DNA of 64,000 nucleotides from Balanoglossus misakiensis (Eukaryota > Animalia > Hemichordata), in the NCBI GenBank assembly GCA_040954595.2, contig CM082576.2, forward strand, positions 19,081,028-19,145,027, given 5' to 3'. Positions 11,644 through 23,260 of the stretch are shown here, one piece after another (position 1 is the stretch's first letter; each line of letters starts with the position of its first letter). Made by a program: the position numbers and the translations under genes. The notes under the pieces were generated by a model, which searched no databases, was not told the origin of the DNA, and saw nothing but the letters and a program-made list of their open reading frames with translations.

Positions 11644-12484
11644 AGGACTTTAATTTAAACGATCCTACGAGCCAAGTTCGCACCTGGCCGATTTCTCCCA
11701 CGGACCGACTCCCCTGGATCTTGTATTCGATTCGATCGACAGCGTCATTTAAAGGTCTACGATGGCGGCGAGATTGTCCGGATTTGTCTGCCCGGGTCGT
11801 AGTAGATACAATCTGTAAACATTGCACTGTGGATAGATAGCCATCTCATCTGTTTGTTGGATTTATGTACTCCTGTAACGTCCTCATGTACGGGAATTGT
11901 GGGATAGCTTCATTTCCGCCGCGAAGAATAAAATATTTTGCTTTCTGAAAATATATTTTGTCATGCATGTAAAAGAAATTCGCCCGCCGAAACCTGAATT
12001 GCGCCCTCATGAAAAAGTTTATTAGTAGCAATAGAAAGAGCGCCCCCATAAGTTGTGTAACTAGAAATTAGATAAAAATATATTTACATCTGTAAAATAA
12101 AATTTTCACCCGCGAAAAGTAATGTTACTTAAAAAAAGTTTTACAAAATTAAATATTTCTTTCCGGAAATAAAATAATTTTATGTAGTATAGATAATTTT
12201 ATCTCAAGTCTTAGAAGTTTATTTTGGAAAAAAGTCTTAAAATTTTAGTCTCGGGAAAAAATAAAATTGGCTTTCGGAAATTAAACTTTTGTTCTCTAAA
12301 ATAGGAGTTGTGTAAAGTAAAATTATAGTTTTACTGTCAAAATTAAAAAGTTTACTCCACTGAAATTGAAATTGTGTGCGTCAAAATTATAGTTGCCTTC
12401 ACGAAAACTTTATTTTACTTTCGGGAGGAGATATTGTCTATAATTTTGAAAGTTTAACTTTCAAAATAATATTTTAGGCCTGAC
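11644..12484. repeat. Arm B, copy 1 (putative left TIR)
   Basis: A GC-richer ~430 bp closely matches the reverse complement of 10523-10958. An AT-rich ~400 bp more loosely matches 9664-10205. Runs directly into satellite. Confidence 0.9.
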
Positions 12485-15229
12485 ATGATTTTCACCCATG
12501 ATTGTTTTCAAAAATCGACGAAATTTTGAGATTTTGCAAAGTCGAAAATTTGTCATTTTTTGATGATTTTCACCCATGATTTTTTTCTTTTCAAAAATCG
12601 ACAAATTTTGAGATTTTGCAAAGTCGAAAATTTGTAATTTTTTGATGATTTTCATCCATGGTTTTTTTCACAATTCAACGAACCCATGATTGTTTTCAAA
12701 ATCGACGAAATTTTGAGATTTTGCAAGAACCCATGATTTTTTTCAAATTCGACGAAATTTTGAGATTTTGCAAAGTCGAAAATTTGTCATTTTTTGATGA
12801 TTTTCACCCATGATTTTTTGCAAAAATCGACGAACCCATGATTTTTTTCCAAAATCGACGAAATTTTGAGATTTTGCAAAGTCGAAAATTTGTCATTTTT
12901 TGATGATTTTCATCCATGTTTTTTTTTCAAAATTCAACGAACCCATGATTTTTTTCAAAATCGACGAAATTTTGAGATTTTGCAAGAACCCATGATTTTT
13001 TTCAAAATCTCAAAATTTCGTCGATTTTGAAAAAAATCATGGGTTCGTCGATTTTTGAAAAAAAACATGGGAGAAAATCTTCAAAAAATGGGAATTTTGT
13101 CGATTTTTGAAAAAAAAAATCATGGGTGAAAATCATCAAAAAATAACAAATTTTCGACTTTGCAAAATCTCAAAATTTCGTCGATTTTTGAGAAAAATCA
13201 TGGGTGAAAATCATCAAAAAATGACAAATTTTCGACTTTGCAAAATCTCAAAATTTCATCGATTTCTGAAAAAAATCATAGGGGAAAATCATCAAAAAAT
13301 GACAAATTTTCGACTGCAAAATCTTAAAATTTCGTCAATTTTTGAAAAAAATCATGGGTAAAAATCATCAATAAATGAAAAATGTTCGACTTTGCAAAAT
13401 CTCAAAATTTCGTCGATTTTTGAAAAAAATCATGGGTGAAAATCATCAAAAAATGACAAATTTTCGACTTTGCAAAATTTTCAAAAATTCGTCGATTTTT
13501 GAAAAAAAAATGGGTTATAGCTTATGAAAGTCATCAACAAATGACAAATTTTCGACTGCAAAATCTTAAAATTTCGTCGATTTTTGAAAAAAAAACATGG
13601 ATGAAAATCATCAAAAAATGACAAATTTTCGACTGCAAAATCTCAAAATTTTGTCGATTTTGAAAAAAGTATGGGTTCGTCGATTTTTAAAAAAAATCAT
13701 GGGTGAAAATCTTCAAAAAATGACAAATTTTCGACTTTGCAAGAACTTCGAGATTTTCGTCGATTTTTGAAAAAAAAAATCGTGGGGGGGGGGAAATCAT
13801 AAAAAAATGACAAATTTTCGACTTTGCAAAATCTCAAAATATCGTCGATTTTGGAAAAAAAAACATGGGTTCGTCGAAAAAAAAAACATGGGTGAAAATC
13901 ATCAAAAAATGACAAATTTTCGACTTTGCAAAATCTCAAAAGTCCGTCGATTTTGAAAAAAAACATGGGTGAAAATCTTCAAAAAATGACAAATTTTCGA
14001 CTTTGCAAAAACTCAAAATTTCGTCGATTTTTGAAAAAAAATGGGTGAAAATCATCAAAAATGACAAAGTTTCGACTTTGCAAAATCTCAAAATTTCATC
14101 GATTTCTGAAAAAAATCATAGGGGAAAATCATCAAAAAATGACAAATTTTCGACTGCACAATCTTAAAATTTCGTCAATTTTTGAAAAAAAATCATGGGT
14201 AAAAATCATCAATAAATGAAAAATTTTCGACTTTGCAAAATCTCAAAATTTCGTCGAATTTTGAAAAAAATCATGGGTGAAAATCATCAAAAAATGACAA
14301 ATTTTCGACTTTGCAAAATTTTCAAAATTTCGTTGATTTTTGAAAAAAATGGGTTATAGCTTATGAAAATCATCAACAAATGACAAATTTTCGACTTTGC
14401 AAAATCTCAAAATTTCGTCGATTTTGAAAAAAATCATGGTTTCGTCGATTTTTGAAAAAAAACGGGTGAAAATCTTCAAAAAATGACAAATTTTCGACTT
14501 TGCAAAAACTGAAAATTTCGTCGATTTTTGAAAAAAATAATGGGTGAAAATCATCAAAAAAGACAAAGTTTCGACTTTGCAAAATCTCAAAATTTCGTCG
14601 ATTTCTGAAAAAAATCATGGGTAAAATCGTCAAAAAAATGACAGATTTTCGACAGCAAAATCTTAAAATTTCGTCAATTTTTGAAAAAAAATCATGGGTA
14701 AAAATCATCAAAAAATGACAAATTTTCGACTTTGCAAAATCTCAAAATTTCGTCAATTTTTGAAAAAAAAATCGTGGGGGGGGGGAAATCATCAAAAAAA
14801 TGACAAATTTTCGACTTTGCAAAATTTTGAAAAATTCGTCGATTTTAAAAAAAAAACATGGGTTCGTCCATTTTTGAAAAAAAAAAACATGGGTGAAAAT
14901 CATCAACAAATGACAAATGTTCAACTTTGCAAAATCTCAAAATTTCGTCGATTTTTGAAAAAAAAATCGTGGGGGGAGGGAAATCATCAAAAAAATGACA
15001 AATTTTCGACTTTGCAAAATTTTCAAAAATTCGTCGATTTTTGAAAAAAAAACATGGGTTCGTCCATTTTTGAAAAAAAAAACATGGGTGAAAATCATCA
15101 ACAAATGACAAATGTTCAACTTTGCAAAATCTCAAAATATTGTCGATTTTTGAAAAAAAAACATGGGTTCGTCGATTTTTGAAAAAAAAAAAAACATGGG
15201 TGAAAATCGTCAAAAAATGACACATTTTT
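12485..15229. repeat. 78-bp satellite: reverse 12485-13009, forward 13003-15229
   Basis: Strand switch at CAAAATC (13003-13009). The forward block carries variant set A. Confidence 0.95.
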
Positions 15230-16519
15230 ATCGTGGCCCCTACACGTCAATTTTAATTTATTATTTTGAAAGTTAAACTTTAATTTTAGATAGACAATAT
15301 CTTTTCCCAAGAAGTAAACTTTAATTTTGGTGGCGGCAACTAATTTTGATGGACAAAACTTTTTGATTTTGACAATAAAACTTTAATTTTAATTATCACA
15401 AATTTTATTTTAGAGAACCAAATTTTATTTTTCGAAAGCAAATTTTATTTTTTCCAAGAATAATATTTTAATAAGGATTTATTTTGTCCAAAATAAACAG
15501 TAACAACTTGAGATAAACTTATTCATACTACGTGGATTTTTTTTTCAAAAAGGTATGTTAATTTTTAAAGAAAAAGTACATTTTGTAAAATAACAAATTA
15601 TTTTTCCCAGGTGAAAATATTTTACGGAGTTAAATTTTAATTTACATTTAAATAACCTTTAAACACTCGAGAAAAAAATTATATGTACTCGATGGAATTA
15701 TTTAACTTTTTAAAACAAAATGTTTTTATTGCTTAAGAAAAAACAAATATTTACTAATGTTACAAATTATTTTTCCCGGGTGAAAAGTTTATTTTACAGG
15801 GATCAATTTAATTTATAACACACCATGCAGCGAACCCTCGATCGTGATTCGTCAATACGACGTCACGTGACCTTAGTCATTTCGAACTGTTGCCTTGGGC
15901 ATCAGTTCGATAGGTTTGGTGTGTTATAAAACACATGATGGCTGACATATTCGGGCAACAGTGTATTTTTAATGACCTCGGGACTGCCAGTCACACCAAA
16001 ACAAGACTGTTTTAGTTGTGACTAGCAGCACCCTCGGTCATCAAAATACACTGTTGCCCTCATTGTCAGTCATCATGTGTATACTGATTTCTAGTAACAC
16101 AACTTATGGGGTCGCTCTTTCTAATGCTACTGACAAACTTTTGTTATGAGGGCGCAATTCAGGTTTCGGCGTGCGAATTTCTTTTACATGCATGACAAAA
16201 TATATTTTCAGAAAGCGAAATATTTTTTTCTTCGCGGCGGAAATGAAGCTATCCCACAATTCCCGTAAATGAGGACGTTACAGGAGTGCATAAATCCAAC
16301 AAACACATGAGATGGCTATCTATCCACAGTGCAATGTTTACAGATTGTATCTACTATACTACGACCCGGGCAGACAAATCCGGACAATCTCGCCGACGTA
16401 TCGTAAACCTTTGAATGACGCTGTCGATCAAATTGAATACAAGATCTAGGGGAGTCGGTCCGTGGGAGAAATCGGCCAGGTGCGAACTTGGCTCGTAGGA
16501 TCGTTTAAATTAAAGTCCT
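15230..16519. repeat. Arm A, copy 2
   Basis: Near-identical to 9634-10958, with a 35-bp deletion at ~16003. Confidence 0.9.
15812..16080. mobile_element. Double-hairpin insert, copy 2 (apex of hairpin 2 deleted)
   Basis: As 10216-10519 but lacking GTCTGTTTCCCTCGGGCTATGCCCTCGGGAAAACA. Confidence 0.75.
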
Positions 16520-16523
16520 TTAA

Positions 16524-16838
16524 ATTATGTTTCGTGTATGCTTCACATTTTACGTGTACAGTAAACCACAGTGCTGCTCTGTCCCTGTCCCTAGGCAGTT
16601 TGTGGAGTGACCGTGGTACAGTCGCCGCCGTTTAATCAGGACACCATGAGTTATATATAGCCGCTCTAGAAAACATGACCTCAGACAGGTCCCTCAGGAC
16701 CGTGCCTCCAATTCAACGATCACGTAGATGGACGCGCTGCCGCTTATGAGGTCACCGGGGAGCTTTCCAAAGTGGTCGCGTGGAGCTGCTTCAGTCCGTC
16801 CTCGACGTGAAACACCCGAAATTGGAAGGGATAGCCGG
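16524..16838. other. 315-bp spacer, copy 2
   Basis: Matches 10963-11277 at offset 5561. Confidence 0.85.
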
Positions 16839-16842
16839 TTAA

Positions 16843-17190
16843 AGGGACAAAGTCTCTCTCTCGCTGGCCTTTTTCCATTAATTATGTTTGATACAAGACG
16901 CCGTTTATGTTATTCTACATGTGGATATATGGTGAATCAACATTCGACCACACACAACTTCCATCTCGTTTGTAGGATATAAGAGTAAAACCTCGCCCAA
17001 AATGAATAAATTGTAAAAAACAAATATTCATTATGGCGAGTTTTTTTCACTCTCCTGTCTATAAGAGGTATGGAAGTTGTGTGTGGTTGAATGTTCATTC
17101 ACTATGTATCCACATGTAGAATAACAAACGTTGTCTTTTATCAAATATAATTAATGGCAACAAGGGCAGCGAGAGAGAGACTTTGTCCCT
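16843..17190. mobile_element. Kolobok/T2-type MITE, copy 2
   Basis: TTAA|AGGGAC...GTCCCT|TTAA, matching copy 1. Confidence 0.85.
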
Positions 17191-17204
17191 TTAATCGAAT
17201 TTAA

Positions 17205-18045
17205 AGGACTTTAATTTGAACGATCCTACGAGCCAAGTTCGCACCTGGCCGATTTCTCCCACGGACCGACTCCCCTGGATCTTGTATTCGATTCGATCGA
17301 CAGCGTCATTTAAAGGTCTACGATGGCGGCGAGATTGTCCGGATTTGTCTGCCCGGGTCGTAGTAGATACAATCTGTAAACATTGCACTGTGGATAGATA
17401 GCCATCTCATCTGTTTGTTGGATTTATGTACTCCTGTAACGTCCTCATGTACGGGAATTGTGGGATAGCTTCATTTCCGCCGCGAAGAATAAAATATTTT
17501 GCTTTCTGAAAATATATTTTGTCATGCATGTAAAAGAAATTCGCCCGCCGAAACCTGAATTGCGCCCTCATGAAAAAGTTTATTAGTAGCAATAGAAAGA
17601 GCGCCCCCATAAGTTGTGTAACTAGAAATTAGATAAAAATATATTTACATCTGTAAAATAAAATTTTCACCCGCGAAAAGTAATGTTACTTAAAAAAAGT
17701 TTTACAAAATTAAATATTTCTTTCCGGAAATAAAATAATTTTATGTAGTATAGATAATTTTATCTCAAGTCTTAGAAGTTTATTTTGGAAAAAAGTCTTA
17801 AAATTTTAGTCTCGGGAAAAAATAAAATTGGCTTTCGGAAATTAAACTTTTGTTCTCTAAAATAGGAGTTGTGTAAAGTAAAATTATAGTTTTACTGTCA
17901 AAATTAAAAAGTTTACTCCACTGAAATTGAAATTGTGTGCGTCAAAATTATAGTTGCCTTCACGAAAACTTTATTTTACTTTCGGGAGGAGATATTGTCT
18001 ATAATTTTGAAAGTTTAACTTTCAAAATAATATTTTAGGCCTGAC
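17205..18045. repeat. Arm B, copy 2
   Basis: Near-identical to 11644-12484. Confidence 0.9.
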
Positions 18046-20532
18046 ATGATTTTCACCCATGATTGTTTTCAAAAATCGACGAAATTTTGAGATTTTGCAA
18101 AGTCGAAAATTTGTCATTTTTTGATGATTTTCACCCATGATTTTTTTCTTTTCAAAAATCGACAAATTTTGAGATTTTGCAAAGTCGAAAATTTGTCATT
18201 TTTTGATGATTTTCATCCATGTTTTTTTTTCAAAATTCAACGAACCCATGATTTTTTTCAAAATCGACGAAATTTTGAGATTTTGCAAGAACACATGATT
18301 TTTTTCAAAATCTCAAAATTTCGTCGATTTTGAAAAAAATCATGGGTTCGTCGATTTTTGAAAAAAAACATGGGAGAAAATCTACAAAAAATGGGAATTT
18401 TTGTCGATTTTTGAAAAAAAAAATCATGGGTGAAAATCATCAAAAAATAACAAATTTTCGACTTTGCAAAATCTCAAAATTTCGTCGATTTTTGAGAAAA
18501 ATCATGGGTGAAAATCATCAAAAAATGACAAATTTTCGACTTTGCAAAATCTCAAAATTTCATCGATTTCTGAAAAAAATCATAGGGGAAAATCATCAAA
18601 AAATGACAAATTTTCGACTGCAAAATCTTAAAATTTCGTCAATTTTTGAAAAAAATCATGGGTAAAAATCATCAATAAATGAAAAATGTTCGACTTTGCA
18701 AAATCTCAAAATTTCGTCGATTTTTGAAAAAAATCATGGGTGAAAATCATCAAAAAATGACAAATTTTCGACTTTGCAAAATTTTCAAAAATTCGTCGAT
18801 TTTTGAAAAAAAAATGGGTTATAGCTTATGAAAGTCATCAACAAATGACAAATTTTCGACTGCAAAATCTTAAAATTTCGTCGATTTTTGAAAAAAAAAC
18901 ATGGATGAAAATCATCAAAAAATGACAAATTTTCGACTGCAAAATCTCAAAATTTTGTCGATTTTGAAAAAAGTATGGGTTCGTCGATTTTTAAAAAAAA
19001 TCATGGGTGAAAATCTTCAAAAAATGACAAATTTTCGACTTTGCAAGAACTTCGAGATTTTCGTCGATTTTTGAAAAAAAAAATCCTGGGGGGGGAAATC
19101 ATAAAAAAATGACAAATTTTCGACTTTGCAAAATCTCAAAATATCGTCGATTTTGGAAAAAAAAACATGGGTTCGTCGAAAAAAAAACATGGGTGAAAAT
19201 CATCAAAAAATGACAAATTTTCGACTTTGCAAAATCTCAAAAGTCCGTCGATTTTGAAAAAAAACATGGGTGAAAATCTTCAAAAAATGACAAATTTTCG
19301 ACTTTGCAAAAACTCAAAATTTCGTCGATTTTTGAAAAAAAATGGGTGAAAATCATCAAAAATGACAAAGTTTCGACTTTGCAAAATCTCAAAATTTCAT
19401 CGATTTCTGAAAAAAATCATAGGGGAAAATCATCAAAAAATGACAAATTTTCGACTGCACAATCTTAAAATTTCGTCAATTTTTAAAAAAAAATCATGGG
19501 TAAAAATCATCAATAAATGAAAAATTTTCGACTTTGCAAATTCTCAAAATTTCGTCGATTTTTGAAAAAAATCATGGGTGAAAATCATCAAAAAATGACA
19601 AATTTTCGACTTTGCAAAATTTTCAAAAAATCGTTGATTTTTGAAAAAAAAATGGGTTATAGCTTATGAAAATCATCAACAAATGACAAATTTTCGACTT
19701 TGCAAAATCTCAAAATTTCGTCGATTTTGAAAAAAATCATGGTTTCGTCGATTTTTGAAAAAAAACATGGGTGAAAATCTTCAAAAAATGACAAATTTTC
19801 GACTTTGCAAAAACTGAAAATTTCGTCGATTTTTGAAAAAAAATAATGGGTGAAAATCATCAAAAAAGACAAAGTTTCGACTTTGCAAAATCTCAAAATT
19901 TCGTCGATTTCTGAAAAAAATCATGGGTAAAATCGTCAAAAAAATGACAGATTTTCGACAGCAAAATCTTAAAATTTCGTCAATTTTTGAAAAAAAATCA
20001 TGGGTAAAAATCATCAAAAAATGACAAATTTTCGACTTTGCAAAATCTCAAAATTTCGTCAATTTTTGAAAAAAAAATCGTGGGGGGGGGGAAATCATCA
20101 AAAAAATGACAAATTTTCGACTTTGCAAAATTTTGAAAAATTCGTCGATTTTAAAAAAAAAACATGGGTTCGTCCATTTTTGAAAAAAAAAACATGGGTG
20201 AAAATCATCAACAAATGACAAATGTTCAACTTTGCAAAATCTCAAAATTTCGTCGATTTTTGAAAAAAAAAATCGTGGGGGGAGGGAAATCATCAAAAAA
20301 ATGACAAATTTTCGACTTTGCAAAATTTTCAAAAATTCGTCGATTTTTGAAAAAAAAAACATGGGTTCGTCCATTTTTGAAAAAAAAAACATGGGTGAAA
20401 ATCATCAACAAATGACAAATGTTCAACTTTGCAAAATCTCAAAATATTGTCGATTTTTGAAAAAAAACATGGGTTCGTCGATTTTTGAAAAAAAAAACAT
20501 GGGTGAAAATCGTCAAAAAATGACACATTTTT
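18046..20532. repeat. 78-bp satellite: reverse 18046-18312, forward 18306-20532
   Basis: Same CAAAATC strand-switch junction. The forward block is collinear with 13003-15229. Confidence 0.95.
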
Positions 20533-21858
20533 ATCGTGGCCCCTACACGTCAATTTTAATTTATTATTTTGAAAGTTAAACTTTAATTTTAGATAGACAA
20601 TATCTTTTCCCAAGAAGTAAACTTTAATTTTGGTGGCGGCAACTAATTTTGATGGACAAAACTTTTTGATTTTGACAATAAAACTTTAATTTTAATTATC
20701 ACAAATTTTATTTTAGAGAACCAAATTTTATTTTTCGAAAGCAAATTTTATTTTTTCCAAGAATAATATTTTAATAAGGATTTATTTTGTCCAAAATAAA
20801 CAGTAACAACTTGAGATAAACTTATTCATACTACGTGGATTTTTTTTTCAAAAAGGTATGTTTTAATTTTTAAAGAAAAAGTTCATTTTGTAAAATAACA
20901 AATTATTTTTCCCAGGTGAAAATATTTTACGGAGTTAAATTTTAATTTACATTTAAATAACCTTTAAACACTCGAGATAAAATTATATGTACTCGATGGA
21001 ATTATTTAACTTTTTAAAACAAAATGTTTTTATTGCTTAAGAAAAAACAAATATTTACTAATGTTACAAATTATTTTTCCCGGGTGAAAAGTTTATTTTA
21101 CAGGGATCAATTTAATTTATAACACACCATGCAGCGAACCCTCGATCGTGATTCGTCAATACGACGTCACGTGACCTTAGTCATTTCGAACTGTTGCCTT
21201 GGGCATCAGTTCGATAGGTTTGGTGTGTTATAAAACACATGATGGCTGACATATTCGGGCAACAGTGTATTTTTAATGACCTCGGGACTGCCAGTCACAC
21301 CAAAACAGTCTGTTTCCCTCGGGCTATGCCCTCGGGAAAACAAGACTGTTTTAGTTGTGACTAGCAGCACCCTCGGTCATCAAAATACACTGTTGCCCTC
21401 ATTGTCAGTCATCATGTGTATACTGATTTCTAGTAACACAACTTATGGGGTCGCTCTTTCTAATGCTACTGACAAACTTTTGTTATGAGGGCGCAATTCA
21501 GGTTTCGGCGTGCGAATTTCTTTTACATGCATGACAAAATATATTTTCAGAATGCGAAATATTTTTTTCTTCGCGGCGGAAATGAAGCTATCCCACAATT
21601 CCCGTAAATGAGGACGTTACAGGAGTGCATAAATCCAACAAACACATGAGATGGCTATCTATCCACAGTGCAATGTTTACAGATTGTATCTACTATACTA
21701 CGACCCGGGCAGACAAATCCGGACAATCTCGCCGACGTATCGTAGACCTTTGAATGACGCTGTCGATCAAATTGAATACAAGATCTAGGGGAGTCGGTCC
21801 GTGGGAGAAATCGGCCAGGTGCGAACTTGGCTCGTAGGATCGTTTAAATTAAAGTCCT
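20533..21858. repeat. Arm A, copy 3
   Basis: Near-identical to copy 1 at offset ~10900. Confidence 0.9.
21116..21419. mobile_element. Double-hairpin insert, copy 3
   Basis: Matches 10216-10519. Confidence 0.75.
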
Positions 21859-21862
21859 TTAA

Positions 21863-22177
21863 ATTATGTTTCGTGTATGCTTCACATTTTACGTGTACAG
21901 TAAACCACAGTGCTGCTCTGTCCCTGTCCCTAGGCAGTTTGTGGAGTGACCGTGGTACAGTCGCCGCCGTTTAATCAGGACACCATGAGTTATATATAGC
22001 CGCTCTAGAAAACATGACCTCAGACAGGTCCCTCAGGACCGTGCCTCCAATTCAACGATCACGTAGATGGACGCGCTGCCGCTTATGAGGTCACCGGGGA
22101 GCTTTCCAAAGTGGTCGCGTGGAGCTGCTTCAGTCCGTCCTCGACGTGAAACACCCGAAATTGGAAGGGATAGCCGG
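21863..22177. other. 315-bp spacer, copy 3
   Basis: Matches 10963-11277 at offset 10900. Confidence 0.85.
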
Positions 22178-22181
22178 TTAA

Positions 22182-22529
22182 AGGGACAAAGTCTCTCTCT
22201 CGCTGGCCTTTTTCCATTAATTATGTTTGATACAAGACGCCGATTATGTTATTCTACATGTGGATATATGGTGAATCAACATTCGACCACACACAACTTC
22301 CATCTCGTTTGTAGGATATAAGAGTAAAACCTCGCCCAAAATGAATAAATTGTAAAAAACAAATATTCATTATGGCGAGTTTTTTTCACTCTCCTGTCTA
22401 TAAGAGGTATGGAAGTTATGTGTGGTTGAATGTTCATTCACTATGTATCCACATGTAGAATAACAAACGTTGTCTTTTATCAAATATAATTAATGGCAAA
22501 AAGGGCAGCGAGAGAGAGACTTTGTCCCT
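22182..22529. mobile_element. Kolobok/T2-type MITE, copy 3
   Basis: TTAA|AGGGAC...GTCCCT|TTAA, matching copy 1. Confidence 0.85.
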
Positions 22530-22543
22530 TTAATCGAATTTAA

Positions 22544-23260
22544 AGGACTTTAATTTAAACGATCCTACGAGCCAAGTTCGCACCTGGCCGATTTCTCCCA
22601 CGGACCGACTCCCCTGGATCTTGTATTCGATTCGATCGACAGCGTCATTTAAAGGTCTACGATGGCGGCGAGATTGTCCGGATTTGTCTGCCCGGGTCGT
22701 AGTAGATACAATCTGTAAACATTGCACTGTGGATAGATAGCCATCTCATCTGTTTGTTGGATTTATGTACTCCTGTAACGTCCTCATGTACGGGAATTGT
22801 GGGATAGCTTCATTTCCGCCGCGAAGAATAAAATATTTTGCTTTCTGAAAATATATTTTGTCATGCATGTAAAAGAAATTCGCCCGCCGAAACCTGAATT
22901 GCGCCCTCATGAAAAAGTTTATTAGTAGCAATAGAAAGAGCGCCCCCATAAGTTGTGTAACTAGAAATTAGATAAAAATATATTTACATCTGTAAAATAA
23001 AATTTTCACCCGCGAAAAGTAATGTTACTTAAAAAAAGTTTTACAAAATTAAATATTTCTTTCCGGAAATAAAATAATAGGAGTTGTGTAAAGTAAAATT
23101 ATAGTTTTACTGTCAAAATTAAAAAGTTTACTCCACTGAAATTGAAATTGTGTGCGTCAAAATTATAGTTGCCTTCACGAAAACTTTATTTTACTTTTGG
23201 GAGGAGATATTGTCTATAATTTTTAAAGTTTAACTTTCAAAATAATATTTTAGGCCTGAC
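22544..23260. repeat. Arm B, copy 3 (124-bp deletion at ~23077)
   Basis: AAAATAAT is joined directly to AGGAGTTG, and the offset to copy 1 drops from 10900 to 10776. Confidence 0.9.

Larger units (their letters stand above)
11644..16519. mobile_element. Putative non-autonomous Kolobok-like foldback element E2 (4876 bp) with inverted internal satellite
   Basis: TTAA (11640-11643)|AGGACTTTAATTTAAACG ... CGTTTAAATTAAAGTCCT|TTAA (16520-16523). The outer 72 bp are a perfect inverted repeat. Layout is arm B, reverse satellite, strand switch, forward satellite, arm A. Confidence 0.7.
17205..21858. mobile_element. Putative foldback element E3 (4654 bp)
   Basis: TTAA|AGGACT at 17201-17210 and AGTCCT|TTAA ending 21862. 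Same architecture as E2 with a shorter reverse satellite block. Confidence 0.7.

Noticed and set aside
11630-12049. 65- and 67-aa minus-strand ORFs in arm B as a possible transposase remnant
   Set aside because: No DDE or THAP motif is recognisable, and the mirrored arm A has stops and frameshifts at equivalent positions.
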